Numbered from the stretch's first letter, positions 28,319 through 44,423 are shown. The stretch is DNA of 64,000 nt from Eledone cirrhosa (GCA_964016885.1 OZ024742.1:333436001-333500000), one strand, 5' to 3'. The notes: generated by a model from the letters alone, not told the origin. Program-made: numbers and translations.

Positions 28319-28374
<56 letters not shown>

Positions 28375-28856
28375 AAATTGTTGAGATGAACATTTCTGAA
28401 ACTAACATATGTCAAAACAATCACACCCAGTTCAGCTCACAAACAGATAAATAAGATATTGTCGGATTTGTAGACAATTGAATGGAACCGAATTATAAAA
28501 AATATATGAAGATGACAATACAGACACTTGGTAAAACACTTACAATTATAATTCCGGGCTACAAATGTCATCACAATAAATTCTGACCATAGAAATCGTA
28601 TATATGGAGAATTACTGACAATTAAAGAACAAATTTGCTAAAATATTATTGAAATAATGGCTATAGGTAAAAAATCACTTGAGTGTAATGAAAAGAAAAA
28701 AAACGAAAAAAAAACGAGAACATAAATACAGCAAATAAGTTATAGAAACAATGTAGGTGTATTTTCAAAACACTAGTTTTTTATTTATTACAATATATTC
28801 CAAAACAAATAGGTACATCTATAACTCGCTTACAGGCGTACAAACATAAACACACA

Positions 28857-28994
<138 letters not shown>

Positions 28995-29208
28995 TTATAT
29001 AGATTATATTTATCTTTGACAAATCTACAAGTAGCATTTTCAAAGAATGATACTAAAATGAGTGAATGAATTAACACCACAACATATTTAGTTGTCAAAT
29101 AAAAGAGGTTAAGAAAAAAAAACAAATAATATATATGAAATATGAAGTATATTAAGTAAACAATGACTGTCATCATATAAAGAACTACACATAGTCTGTA
29201 AACACCAG

Positions 29209-29284
<76 letters not shown>

Positions 29285-29540
29285 GATAGATAGATAGATA
29301 TGTTTCTTTATTAGCCGCAGGGGCACAAAAGAAGGGGACAAATACAAAGGGGGGAGTTTACATACAATAAAAACGTGTAAAATATTATCACAAATGTAAT
29401 TCAAAAATTACTCGATTTTCCCCAATAGGGCGTTACATTTACTATGGGTAACACATATCACCGAAAAAAAATGTGCAACCCTCCTCTCCAGGAGTACGAA
29501 GAGTTTGTACTCCTTTCCTCTCCTCCTCTTTTTCCTCAAC

Positions 29541-32500
29541 CTACAGGCTGATATAGAGAGAAGGCCCATTCACTCGGGCCATTCTCGCCACTTTCACCCA
29601 CCTTTCATAAAACTTGATGGGGTACAGCACCTCTCTCTCCATCCTGATTCTTCTTCCAATGTGGTATTTGAAAAAAAGAATCAGTTGTTGGCCGGAGAGA
29701 AAGGTGTCTGACCTCAGCCCTTTCAACCTTGTCCACCATACAACCTCTTTCGCCATAGCTATCACACAAAGAAAAACCGCCTCTCCTTCGTTTTTGAAGG
29801 AGGGTGGCGGTTTGATCATGACAATGGACTCGGTGGTCAACCGGATTGGTCCCATCCGCGACAATAGTCGTTCTACATAGCCCCACAGGTCGGTGACGCC
29901 CGGGCAGTGTATGAATGCGTGCGCGACGGTTTCTTAGTCTCGCACGCACCTCGGACAGATCTTTTTTGCAGGGTCCCTGTCCGGGCGCCCATGTCTGTAG
30001 AGCTTGTCTCGAACTGGTAGAGCTCCTCGGTAGCACTGCCAGGCCATGGACTTTTGGAAGTTGTCCATCGGTCCCGGGCGGAAGGTCCTACCGAACAGAC
30101 TGCTCAGTTCGTCTTCCTCTACGCATAGAGTTTCACCGAGCACGTCGTCGCAATTGCTGCGGATCAACCCTCTATAGAATGACAAAGTGGAGTGTCCACT
30201 GATCGCCGGGTTCGCTTGCCAGAGGGCTGTGAGCGCCTAAGCACATTCGATATGACAGTCGCCCATTTTCCTCGGTCTTTGCTTGAGCCAGGACTGCAAC
30301 TCGGTCAGCGAAACGAGTCGTGGCAAGGCTCGCCTCACGAACGGGGCCCACACCGGTTTCTGGTGAGTAATACGTAGAGATGCCGCAGCCTGAGCGCGTA
30401 TTTGCGCATCGTCAGCCACGGCAACCCCAGCCCTCCGTTGGAATGGCGTTGGCAGTAGATGGATCTTCTCACCATAGGAGCCCGCCTCTTCCAAAGGAAT
30501 TGGAAGAGCGCGCGCTCCATTTTGGCGAGTGTTTTGGCTGGACAAGGCTCGACCGTCAAGCGGTAGTAGATGGCGGACGCTATAAAAGTCTTCGCCACCT
30601 CCGCTCGACCTTTCAAGTATAGTTTGCACTCGGCCTACTTCTGGGTGAGTGCAAACCCCTTGGCCGACACCTCGTTCCAGTTCTTCTCCACCTGGAGGTC
30701 CGGACCTATCAGACCCTGAGCAGCTTTACTGGTCCTTCCGTCCAACGTCCGACGACGCCATCGGAAGGCATCGGTTTGCCTCTCCACGATCCGAGTTGCA
30801 AACCGATGGACTTGTCCCGGTTCAGCTTCTCTCCAGTGAACCTTTCGTATTCCTTCAGTAAGGTGCCGACTTCCTCGATTTGCGAGGCTCTCGACAACAT
30901 TACTGTAACGTCGTCGTCGTAGGCCGACGCCGCTTTCCGCAGTCCCGGTTCCAGAGGGATGCCCTGCAATAGCTCCAACTTCCGCGGTAGTGGCTCGAGA
31001 GTCAATACGTACAGAAGGGAGGAGAGAGGGAATCCCTGTCCAATGGATCGCGAGATGTGGAACGCCTTCGAGAGGTAGCCGTTCACCTTAACCCTTGAGC
31101 AGATATTGCTGTTATGCATTGCAGCAATCCAGTCCTTGAACACGGGTTCGAAGACTGCCGCCTCGAGCACCGCATCCAGGTAACGATGGTCAACCCTATA
31201 GAAAGCCTTAGAATGATCCAAGTTGATCAGGGCCACACCGAAGCCGGGTTTAACCCTACCCTGACTATGATGTATCGTATGTGGTGGAGGTTGTCGTGTA
31301 TGGACCTGGTCGGTATTGCGCATGTCTGCGCTTCTCCCACCAGGTTCTCGACGACAAGCGCCAGCCTCTTTGCCAACACCTTGGCCAAAATCTGTAAGTC
31401 TCTGTTTAGCAGAGTTATGGGCCGGAAGTTGCCTATATCATCCCCCTTATGCTCGTCCTTCCTGACTTGTGTGACTACGCCCCCGGTCACACAACTGGGA
31501 ATTATCCCGTTCTGTTGCCAGTTGCAGTAGACCGTTTCCAGGAGACCGGAGAATATGTCCGGCATTGCTACGTAAAATTCGTAGGGTAGACCGTCGAGAC
31601 CTGGAGATTTGCGTTTGCCGCTTGGCTCAACGCGTCCCCTATCTCAGCGGCTGAAATCGGCTTTTCGCAGAACTTTGCCTCGCTGTCCGAGAGTCGCGGT
31701 CAGCCGTTGAGGTATGCACCGAAATCCATAGCCCCTCCTGCCGCGACGCCCTGCTCGACAGCTGAGCAAAGTGCCGCTGAAAGGCTGCAAACATCTGCTT
31801 CGGATCACCTATCACGCGTCCGTTTTGGTCCTTCAAAGACCGAGTCGTGAACTTGTTGCCACTTTTTGCCTCTGTCACTCGTGCCCAGCTAACAGCTTTG
31901 GCTCCCTCGTTTCCCAGAGCATGTATTTTGCTTCTGACAACGCAGCCCTCATGCTTTGCATCGAAGAACTGGTCCAAGGCCGTTCTCTTTGCTAGCACGC
32001 TGGCTACGTTGCCACTTCTAATTGCCTCTTCTACTTTATCTACCAGTTCTTTCTCGGTTCTATTTCTATCTAACGCTAATTCTTTACTAAACTAACTGCC
32101 TTTATCTAATCTAACTGCCCTCTTGAGAGAGTACCACCATCTGATGTTGACAATGGCCTCTGTCAAGTGCTGTTTAACTAAAGTGCTAATCCGTCTACTG
32201 TAGGCTTTGCATGTCGGTAACGACAAGTTCAGTTCCCAGTAGCCGGGTCCTTGTCTATGGGTTCTATCAAGGTTGACCATGCAGGTCACTAGTTTGTTAT
32301 CTGAATAGGCAACCATGAACATTTGTGGACAGCTTAACATGACCTATCCTTATTTATAACACTAGAACCCTATCTAGGTACAATCTAGATGTTCCGCTAA
32401 GATTAGTCCACGTCCACAGTGGCACAGTCGGAAAATCTAGTCGATATCTATCGGCCATGTCAAATCAGCTAATTATCTGTTTGAGGATGTTACACCCCAC

Positions 32501-32977
32501 CCTTTATCGGGACATGCTCCCACATAGTCCCAACGTGCATCTAGGATTCCATTCCAGTCCCCCACTAAAAGCAAGGAGCGGAACGTTCCCAGAAAAGTCT
32601 CTAGACGTTTGAAGAAGTCTGATCGCTGTGTCCCGGATGGGGAATATGAGGCCACCAGCCTGAAGGCTCCACCTTCACTACCGTCATCGTCTAGGACCAC
32701 CAGTCGACCCTCCGGGTCCAGATGTACCGTCTGTGTTACGAGGCCCAGAGTTTCCGCAGCAAAACGGCAACCCCTCCCCCACCCCCGGCTGACTGAGAGA
32801 TGCGTAGATCTCAAAGTCATCGAAGATGGGGGCCAGCTGTCGCTCGCTGTGGATCCTGAACTCGCAAATGGCTACTACATCCATACTGTACGCCCTGAGG
32901 TCGTTTAAGTGTTTGCCCTGTTTCCAGGGCATCCCCAGGCCGCGTACATTCACACACCCAACTCTTATATTGGCCAT
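29541..32977 (-). pseudogene. ORF2: APE endonuclease, reverse transcriptase and C-terminal Cys-rich region, frameshifted
   Basis: MANIRVGCVNVRGL, LLLVGDWNGILD, SDNKLV, GPGYWELN, NFRPITLLNRDLQILAKVLAKRL, LDHSKAFYRVDH, QGFPLSSLLY, AYDDDVT, GGLGLP, CPRC. Confidence 0.93.
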
Positions 32978-32992
32978 GTTGGTTCTGAAAAG

Positions 32993-34719
32993 TTAAAAGA
33001 GAAGAAAACACTCACCTCGTCGTCTCCCGGGGATCAGGCCGCACGGTTTCCATGGGGGTGTTAGAGGAGTTGTCTGGGTGGGTGGTGGTTTCCGGCGGGG
33101 TGGGGACGGAGATGTTTGAGGGGTGGGGGTGTCTGGGGTGGGGGTGTCTGGGGTGAGGGTGGGGAAACTGTTTAAAAGGACGCGGTTAATGGGTTTAACA
33201 CAAGGTTTACCCACGTCCTTAGAAAAGTTTTCCTTTAAAGACTTATAGGTGTCCGTAGGGGCCCTAATCATCTTTAAATTAGGATTGTCTACACAGTTCG
33301 AAAAAGTTTTCCCTTCGGTTTTCACCGAAGGGTCGTTGGAGGTGTCTTCCATTAAAGTTTTGTTTTTACTGTTTATGTATGTGTAATGCTCTTGTTGTGT
33401 TGCGGTGGTTTTTGTCTGTTTTCCTTGTGGGGGCTTTCGTTTTCTTGTAGGTGTTTGTGTTTGGAGTGATGTCGTGGTTTTGTTTTCGGAATGGGGGGGG
33501 GGGGGTTGTAATGTTTGTGTTGGTGGTTGTATGTTTGTAGTGATATTTGTTGTTTTTTTGTTCTTGTGGTGTCTTTTCTTCTTTCTTATCGAACGGAGAG
33601 GTTCTCCCTCATCATCACTTGGTGATGATGTGGGGGCCTCATCCGTTGTGGTGCCTGTGTTATTTGGAAGGGGGTATATTTTGGGGAGCTGTTGTGTTTG
33701 TGGGTGTTTTAGGTGGAGTGGGGTTGGGTGGGACTGTGCTTGCAGGTTGGTTTGTTGTTCTTGTTTTGGTTGTGTTTGCGTGTTGTTGTTGTTGTTGTGG
33801 TGGTGGTGGTGGTGGTTGTGTTGTTGTTTTGTGTGTTGGCAGTAGTGCCTCTTTTTTTTTTAGTTAACTGAGGACAGTAAGCCTTCAGGTAACATGAAGG
33901 CCGCCTACCCTCAACAGGAATGTTTATGTGTGATATTCCATCCAGAGGCACACATTGAGGTATTTTAGCTATCCGTTCTGGCTTCATTTGGACTAGAACT
34001 TCCATGCTTGTACCTTTGAATGTGCCTCTAAAGGACTTTCCCACCGAAATGATGGTGTGTTCGTCGAAATCGATGAAGCCAGTTAGAATCCACCAGACAT
34101 TTACATTTGGTGCAATGTTCAACATTTTTATTTTTTGAGTTCTTTTTCCCATATATGTGGGGAAAAAGGTGTAAAGGGGGGACATAATCGGCGATACAGA
34201 ATATTTATATATGGAATTCTTCAGAACCAGTTCAATATCGTTTTGGGATAACTGAACTGGTTTTTTCGACACATTTAAAACCGTCCTAAAAATTACTGTT
34301 TTTAGAACAGTTTCTCTGCGTAACTGTTGAGAAGTGATGCTGAAAGCACCACTCTCACCAAAAGTTACGTACTGTTTTGCATCGCTTAACATTTCCCTAG
34401 CATTGGAAATGTCAAGGTATTTGAACAGTTCTGTCTTTTGAACGGTTTGAGCAAAATAAATATTTTCCTTGTTCGTGGAGTTGTTCGTGTTGCTGTTGTT
34501 GTTGGTGGTGTTGTTGTTATCATTGTTGTTGTTCTTGGTGGTGGTGTTGTTGTTATCATTGTTGCTGTTGTTGTTCTTGTTGTCATTATTGCTGTTGTTG
34601 TTGTTCTGGTTGGTGTTGTTTATATTTTGCATGTTATTGGTGTTTGTGTTAGTGTTGATGTTACAATCAACGTCCGACATCGTGTTTTCAAAAATGACGA
34701 CATTTTCGATGTCTTTCAA
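32993..34719 (-). pseudogene. ORF1 (gag-like) with Asn/Thr-rich N-terminus and remnant zinc knuckle, frameshifted
   Basis: 336-aa ORF 33709-34719 containing VEGRRPSCYLKAYCP; a downstream frame ends about 15 bp before the ORF2 ATG. Confidence 0.75.
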
Positions 34720-35478
34720 TGAGGTGGTGAGAGGAGGTGACTAGATAGATAGTTAGACGCTTTCCCATAGGTCATAAATACCACTCCATCTTTAACCGAC
34801 ACAAATTAAAGTAGGATACTCCTGCGCTAAGAACATGAAAGCCCCCATCACCCGCAGCCCTAGGAGCAACACCCTACCAGAGTGCTCTTGCTGTAAGCCC
34901 GAAGCTTTCCGCCTTCAACAGCAATGTAACACACCAGCTGTAATTTATGAAGCTGTGGTCACTTCCAACCGACCAAACCAACCACGGGTGGTCAAATCCT
35001 GAACCATCAGTTTCCTGAACCATCAGTCGACCTTTAGGTACCCGGATAGCCGTTCATCCACGAAACTCGCGAGCCACGTATGGTCCCTCGAGAACTCAAG
35101 TATAGACTACTCAATTCAATGGAAAGCCATCACTAAGTCCAAGCCATACGCAAGGGGAAATCCGTCGTGTGCACTGTGTATTGACGAACGAATAAATATT
35201 CTAAAGAGATTATGCAATAGTGATTGCCTAAACACGAGAAATTGATATTTCACACGTTGTCCACACGTTTCGAAACACCTATTACAACAAAGCTCCGGAT
35301 TGAATGAATTATTGTAACAGCATCAATATTTTTTCTTATAAACTAAAAACGTTTCGGACTTTCGCAATTATCTCACTTACACCACTCGCACGCATTTTAG
35401 TATTGCCTGTCTGAAGTGAGGGGTTTCTGCGCATGAGCGTTCGTACGGTTGTACTTCCTGTTAGAACCATGCACATTA

Positions 35479-35516
35479 CGAGCTGAGGATCCGCTAAGGG
35501 GAAACAATTGTTCTCG
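35479..35516 (+). ncRNA. Minimal hammerhead motif, canonical core
   Basis: cgag-CTGAGGA-tcc-gctaa-ggg-GAAA-caattg-TT-ctcg; palindromic stem III ACAATTGT. Confidence 0.75.
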
Positions 35517-35611
35517 GAATGGTTAACTAACTGTAGTGTAACCACTTCTACCTAACTCGTGCCATGGACTGTGTGCTCTACTACTACGGATATTACCTTC
35601 CAATGTTCTAC

Positions 35612-35642
<31 letters not shown>

Positions 35643-35651
<9 letters not shown>

Positions 35652-36077
35652 ATACTTTGGGAGGGTCATGTTGCCAATAAGAAACACACGCACCAGTTGC
35701 TTCACTTCAATTTATTATATATTTATAAATTTATAAATTTACAAATCTACAAACTTATAAATTTCTGGTTGGTTGGTTGGTTCCACAACCAGATAGTTGT
35801 TTATATATAGTCATAGTCCTTTCGTCACAGAGTGTGTGACGAAAGAACTATGACTATATATAAACAACTATCTGGTTGTGGAACCAACCAACCAACCAGA
35901 AATTTATAAGTTTGTAGATTTGTAAATTTATAAATTTATAAATATATAATAAATTGAAGTGAAAGCAACTGGTGCGTGTGTTTCTTATTGGCAACATGAC
36001 CCTCCCAAAGTATAACAATATCGGTTTCAACACACGATTTCAGATAAAGAATCTTGCTAAACAAATTCAGAAACGAA
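35643..36077. mobile_element. Fold-back palindromic element, same family as 9224-9789, axis near 35832
   Basis: Arms about 185 bp; tail 36021-36077; flanked by (TA)n. Confidence 0.9.
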
Positions 36078-36110
<33 letters not shown>

Positions 36111-36122
36111 AACACATATATA

Positions 36123-37251
<1,129 letters not shown>

Positions 37252-38041
37252 ACAACAATGAAACACTTTGCTAACCACACATACACACACACACGTACAC
37301 ACACATTCTTACTGACCGAATCATTTCCATTATCACAACAATGAACCACTTTGCTACACACACACACATATTTGTCTTAATAGACACCTGAAATTTGATC
37401 TCTCAACATGACTGCAACTCAATCAAGCGGAAAAGGACACTCTTCGACAAACATACATTTTGCGCGAAACTAGCTGGCGCAAAAATCAATTTAAACTTTC
37501 TCGTGACTTCTACCGACCAATCAAAATTGTTTTGACTACAAGAATGTTTGCAACACGAAATGGCGCGAAATTTATATTGTTTATTCACGTGAACATTCAA
37601 CAACCAAGCAAATCTTAATACCTCCCAAGCCACCTTTTTAACATAAAACGGGAAGAATTTGCAAAACTAAATCAGATTAGAGCAAAAATCACGGGCACTC
37701 TATCTCAAAATTATTTTTGAAAAGCATAAGAAATACGCAACCGGTAAAAACTTAAAACTAAAACTAAATACTAACTAATACTTATTACTAATTTATACTT
37801 ACTCCTAATTAAACTATTTTTCACGGGAAAAAAATTCGTCAGAATTTTCTTTTCCTTTTTACTAATATATATATATACGTAATGGGTTATACTGTAATGG
37901 GTTATACATAAGTACGGGTTATACTTGTAAACAAACGACTCGATTTGAAGCTGTGCCGTGTCGGTGACCGATCGTTTGTTTACAGACGAATCGAGCATTA
38001 CTATAAATATTCAATATAATCCATACGTACATACGTATATA

Positions 38042-38110
<69 letters not shown>

Positions 38111-38563
38111 GAATAATCGAGTATCGAAAAATCGGCGCACGAGTTCACGATAAACAAAATTCGAAGGTAAGAGTGTAATGAGTGAATTACCATGTTATTT
38201 GCACCTTGAAAGTTCCCCTTCAAATACAAGCTGTCGCCCATGAATACCACTCTCACTTCCCCAGGGCGGCGATGTTGTCCAAGAGAAAGACAAAGGCCGA
38301 TACACCTTGGCACAAGTGACCTTCCAGCTCTATACATGAGGTAACTGGAGCAACGTAAAATAAAGGGTCTTGCTCAAATTGCCACGTATCTTCACTCATA
38401 TATATATATAAATACACATATATAAGTGTGTGTTTGTGTGTTATTTCTCACACTAGCACTGCTGATATATCTATATATATATTTATATATGTGTCTGTGT
38501 GTATGCGTTTGTGTGTGCGTGTGTCTACGTGTGTGCATATGCATACTTAAATATATATATGTG

Positions 38564-38654
<91 letters not shown>

Positions 38655-39049
38655 AGAGAGAAATATATAACCAGACTGTGGCACTGAATGGGGTCGGTTT
38701 GCGTGTTCAGTATACCCGCATGTGTGTAATATTATTTGCACGATGTTTTAAAATAGGTAATCTATCTTGGTAGTGCTTTGGTCAAATTTATCATAGAATT
38801 AAGCTGGGCTGATGGAGAAAGTGTTGGGGGTACAAAGAGAGGCAAGTGTATCTGGACAGGCAAGGCCAGAGGAAAAGGAAGTACTATTCGTGGTGTAGGG
38901 TTGTTTGTGTGTTGATTGTTATCTATTGAAGGTGGTGAAGGTTAATCTCCTACATGTCTGTATTTATCGTTGTAGTTATTAATTAATGCCATATACACCT
39001 GGTTGATATAATCTTCCTTAACTGGCATACATGTCTGAAATACGCATTC

Positions 39050-39760
39050 TTCGTACATTTACAATATATCATATATTTGTGGGTGTTATATCTGTTGAGG
39101 ATAATGGCCTCTTTCATTCTTAAATAGCCTATATTCTTTTCCGTCGCCTCTATGGTGACTTAAATGTGAAAGCTGTGGCATCTGTCACGATGTTTTTTTT
39201 CAACAGAATAGGCTCTCGTCGACATGTGCTCCTTGATTCGTATGTGCAGCATCCAGACGGTACTTTCGATGTACAAGGAGTTATGCTTTACATGTAACCT
39301 CATAGACTACGTACGCGCTTATGTAGAATTCTTCATTGGTTCAATTAGAAATGTACACATATCATTATATGTGGTTGGTGCCTGTAGGGAACCTCCTCAA
39401 TGAATGTCCCGAGTGGGCCTGCTGTATATCCAGTCCCTTGTTACTAATAGCTTATCTGATGGCAGCCGTCGTCTTTTCATTGACATGTGCAGATGTAGGT
39501 AGCATATGCTATCTCTATGCGCACGTGTCCTTGTTCAATCATATTTTGCTGCATTGGGAATCAATGCTTGGTGAGAGAAGTAGAATAGCCGTTGTCGGTG
39601 AGAACACTCTGGAATTCCACATTGTTGGTATATTTGTCACTGCACGCGCTGTATCTGTTGTGTAACCGGAATCTCAATCCGTATATATACCATTTCAACT
39701 ATGCAGCTTCTGCATGTATCCTTGTTGTGGATCCTTTCTATCTGACTCTTAGTGCGAAGT
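39050..39760 (-). pseudogene. Penelope-like RT C-terminus / GIY-YIG remnant
   Basis: Minus strand: SLYIESTVWMLHIRIKEHMS (YIGxTxRxLxxRxxEH-like) near 39215-39280, then RMKEAIIL. Confidence 0.7.
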
Positions 39761-39908
39761 CCAGGAGAGAGAGAAGCGATCCAGGGTTATCCGGGTGATC
39801 TACTTAAAATTTAATGTGTGCGTCTATGCTTTCGAAGATGTAAATCTTGATGGATTCCTCCTGGGCTGAAGTCAGCATAAATATACCATGTATGTACCTG
39901 CATGTATT

Positions 39909-40027
<119 letters not shown>

Positions 40028-40253
40028 TAAAATAACAGATTAAAGTTTAAGCAAAGAATCGCTGCTTTCACCCTTAACGGGATCTTCTGAAAGTAAAAAG
40101 ATCAATCTGTGAACGCAGAAGTAAATATTTTGAAAAACGTTGCAACCGAAGGAAGACAGGAAGACGAAACTTTGGTTCGTGGAAACGTTCCCTGGCAAAG
40201 AACGGAAAAAACGAAGATAATACGTCATTATTTGGTGCGATGAGTCATTATTT

Positions 40254-40378
40254 TCCATTCTGAGTTCAAATCCCGCCGAGAATAACTTTGCCTTTCATCC
40301 TTACTCGGTCGATAAAATAAAGTACCAGTAATGCACTGGGAAATTGCTGGCATTGTGCAAATAATAGAAACAATTATT
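40254..40378 (+). mobile_element. 5'-truncated Meta-type SINE nested in the CAGAAGA-family element
   Basis: ctgagttcaaatcccgccgag...ctttgcctttcatcctt...gtcgataaaataaagtaccag. Confidence 0.85.
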
Positions 40379-40802
40379 TGGAGCGGTGAAAACAAATACA
40401 CGCAAAGCCAAAACCACGTTTATAGTATAAATGAAGTCGTGGACTAATATTCTATTAGTTGGTTCATAGAGACGTTCTCTGGCAATGAACGGAAAAAACG
40501 AAGATAATACGTCATTATGTGGGCTGATGAGAACAATTATACGCAAAAAAAACATGTTTATGGTATAACTGAAGTCGTAGAATAAAATTATGTGCGTGCG
40601 TGGGTTTTTTTTTGTGTACGTGCTTGTATTTGCATACCAATGGCGGGTTTTTTCGAGTATGCATGTGTATGTACGTATATGGATGCATGCATCTATATAT
40701 TTAATTTCAATTACCTCTGTAATTTATTTATTCTTTACTCTGAAGCCGAGAATCATTCGGTTTCATAAATAGAATTTTAGTCTACGACTTCATTTATACC
40801 AT

Positions 40803-43249
40803 TGTAGTGACCTACATTCTGCGGGCTCACATACATTCTATGTGCGTGATTTAGCTCAGCTCAGCCAATCAGCGCCAGCAGAAGAGAATGTATTCCTACG
40901 CGGCCTAAGGGAGAAATTCACGCGTGAATTAGAAAAATCAGCCTCTCGCATCCTGACCGTGGCATAGTAAAGACCACTTGGTCTCTTGCTGCTTGAACGC
41001 CGAATGACCGACACGTACAATATGTAACGGTGAGATTTGCACTTTGGCCTGCCGGCCGGCCTTGGGCCTGGTACAGTGGCACATTCCTTTTGTAACCTTT
41101 TTATGTTTAACTTCAACCATACAAATTAACAAACATTACTTTGTGTTACAACAAAAATAAACATACATTTTATCTCACGAACATTCTTCTTGTCGACGTT
41201 ATTATCATGTTACTCGTTTGTCGATGTGACTAATATATACTTCTAACAAACTGATTTCTCGTGGCGCTACTAACTATAACACCACAATTAGCTGCCAAAT
41301 TGGTAACCTGATGTGAGAAATATTTTAAATACAAAATATCCCTTTAAAAATTAAAAGAATTAGCAGTATTTTGAAAACCTTTCGCCACGAGGAAATTTCA
41401 AAATGGCTACCACCAAGTACTTTTCTACTACCAGCCATCTGCAGCAACTGACGCAGCATAGTGACACCTTTGTAGTTAAACCGCCGCCACTACTGCCCCA
41501 GCTTCGACACGACTACAATAACAACTTCGGCACCATCAACAGCAGTGCCTACGACAACATTGTTGAAAGAAAAAAATTAGCTGTATTTTCAAAATTATAG
41601 CCCGGAGACATTTTCTTTTCTTTTGATACGGCTTTCTGCAATACAAACAAGCAAAACACCAAACTCACGTGGGGACTCTCAGCTTTTTGGCATGCGACTT
41701 CGATTCTACATGAGATTTACTGTGACTTTGCTTTGATAACAACAGCTCTACTAGCTTCCTTGTAAGAACCATCACAAAGACATTTTAAGGAAAAGAAAAA
41801 GCGAACTTTTCGTTAAATAAACAATTCTTTCTTTCTTTCTCTTTTTACAGACAATGTTCGGACATTTATTCTTTTAGAACTGCAATATATGAAATTTTTG
41901 TTTTCATCATTGTATATATGACTGCATCATTTTCTTTATCATTGTATATATGACTGCACGCACATATTCTTTGCTGTATTACATGCCTGCATATGCACAC
42001 ATGTTGTTGCCTTAGTAAATGATCTTCAAGCGTTGTAATATTCTGCGAGATCACTTCTCACTTTGTGGAGACACCAAACATGATGTTGACACTTTGCAGA
42101 TTAATTCATCTGAACTCAAACAGGCACCGCAACACGAGAATGCTAATTGCAGCTGGATTCTAACAGTTCGCATCTCGTTGCACACTCATCGTCCATAACA
42201 ACCTCTATCTTGTTACTTTACCCGACTCAATGGGAAAACGATAAATGGAACTGGACCTGTGAGCATTTCCACCATTTCTCTTATGGATTCACCAGAGTTA
42301 TGGAATTTACATTTAAACTACTACCCACCTACAGATTCAACTTGCTTTTTTATTTTATTTTCAAAGCAACCAGCCATTTTTTCCTGGCTGCCTAGCACTT
42401 TCGGCAATACATCTAGGAGGCCGACATTTTCTTGCCTACCCATCATCTTCTTGCCAGGACTGGTAAACTAACATAACAGCTTCACCCACAGCTACTGGTA
42501 CAGCACTTACCATTAACATTTCATGTAAGAACAGCAACTTCGCCCATGTCGGACTATAACCGTTTTCTGTTAGACCCTGGTGGTCACGTATAAACTACAA
42601 AACAGCTAGTCATTTGACACAGCGGCTCAACACGGCCCTTAGCGCCTCATTTTTCTTCTTGCATACATCCTTCTGTTCAATTATTTTTTCACTGATGTGC
42701 TCTTTCAGCATTTTTCCTTGCTGATTCAATCATCTGTATCGTCTTACGACTAGGAAGGGGGTATTGTAGTGACCTATATTCCGCGGGCTCCCATACATTC
42801 TATGTGCGTGATTTGGCTCAGCTCAGCCAATCAGCGCCAGGAGTAGAGATTGTATCCCTAAGCGCCCTTTGGGAGAAATTCCCGCGTGAATTAGAGAAAT
42901 CAGCCTCTCGCATCCTGATAATGGGATAGTAAAGACCACTTGGTCTGTTGCTACTTGAAAGCCGAAGGACCGACACGTACAATATGTAACGGTGAGATTT
43001 GCACTTTGGCCTTGGGCCTGGCACAATGGCACATTTCTTTTGTAACCTATTTATGTTTAACTTCAACCATACAAATTAACAAACATTACTTTGTGTTACA
43101 ACAAAAATAAACATACATTTCATCTCACGAACATTCTTGTTGTTGACGTTATTATCATGTTACTCGTTTGTCGATGTGACTAATATATACTTCTAACAAA
43201 CTGATTTCTCGTGGCGCTACTAACTATAACACCACAATTAGCTGCCAAA
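40803..43249 (+). mobile_element. Internally deleted Ty3/Gypsy-like LTR retrotransposon
   Basis: LTRs 40803-41299 and 42765-43249; PBS-like TGGTAACC at 41301; PPT aggaaggggg at 42752-42761; TSD ccat/ctat; RNase H trace HFRQYI*..GRHF near 42395-42430. Confidence 0.88.
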
Positions 43250-43592
43250 CTATAAACGTGGTTTTGTCTTTGCGTGTATTTGTTTTCTCCGCTCCAAATA
43301 ATGACGTATTATCTTCGTTTATTCCGTTATTTGCCAGGGAACCTTTCCACGAACCAAAGTATCGTTTCCTGTCTTCATTCGGTTGGAACGTTTTTCGAAA
43401 TATTTACTTCTGCGTTCACAGATTGATTTTTTTTTATTTCAGAAGATCCCGTTAAGGCTGAAAGCAGCGATTATTTGCTTAAACTTTATACTGTTATTTT
43501 AATAAATATTTGCTCTACAGTACTTATATATTTGATATATATTTATCCTTATCCAGCCCTCTTTGCATTTTAGTCTTCAAATTTATTATTAT

Positions 43593-43633
<41 letters not shown>

Positions 43634-43644
43634 TGTGTGTGTGT

Positions 43645-43731
<87 letters not shown>

Positions 43732-44423
43732 CGCGTGTGTGCGTGTGTGTGTCTGAGTGTGTGTGTGTGTGTGTATGCTTTTGAGTACGTTTATGTGTTT
43801 ATATCAACTAACGTAGCAGCTCGACTGAAATATGGAGTTAAAATTCGTCCTGAAGTCAATGTGATTGAATAAAATCACTTTAAGGCGATGTTCCATCCTG
43901 GCTCCAGTGTAATGATTGAAAGAGGGAAAAGAATAAAAAGAAAATAATAACCAATTATGTACAGGAATTAATATATTAATCCTAACACCAAGGACATTTG
44001 TACCTATAAGCAGATTTAGCAGAGCATCGATGCATTATTGTTCTCACACATATATGAAACCACGTAAATAAGATCATATCGCCGTATCATTTTAGCCCGG
44101 AATTTAAAGTGTTAGGTTACAAGAGAAAGAAAACTTACTGCTTCTACTGTTCATAAACAGCGGTGTATTACTCACTTATCGGAGTCTATGGTATATGATA
44201 TATCGCATACAATTTTTCGATTATTCATCACGTGGAATTATGTATCAGATATTATGAATCTGATGGTCATAGTATATCGGTTTGGTTATGTTTGAAAAAG
44301 ATAAATTAGATATAACGATTCATATATTCTAAATACAATATAACTCGATACTACGAAAGTCTCAGAATATATTCTTACAGTGCAAATATTTACATACGGA
44401 CAAAAATTATATATGTATATATA

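Larger units (their letters stand above)
29285..35330 (-). mobile_element. Near full-length L1/Tx1-clade non-LTR retrotransposon, inactivated
   Basis: ORF1 and ORF2 in tandem; 3' end gcccctgcggctAATAAAgaaaca followed by (TCTA)n. The 5' boundary is approximate. Confidence 0.9.

Noticed and set aside
33405-34744. Plus-strand Val/Leu/Cys-rich ORFs
   Set aside because: Antisense shadows of the (AAC)n-rich Tx1 ORF1.
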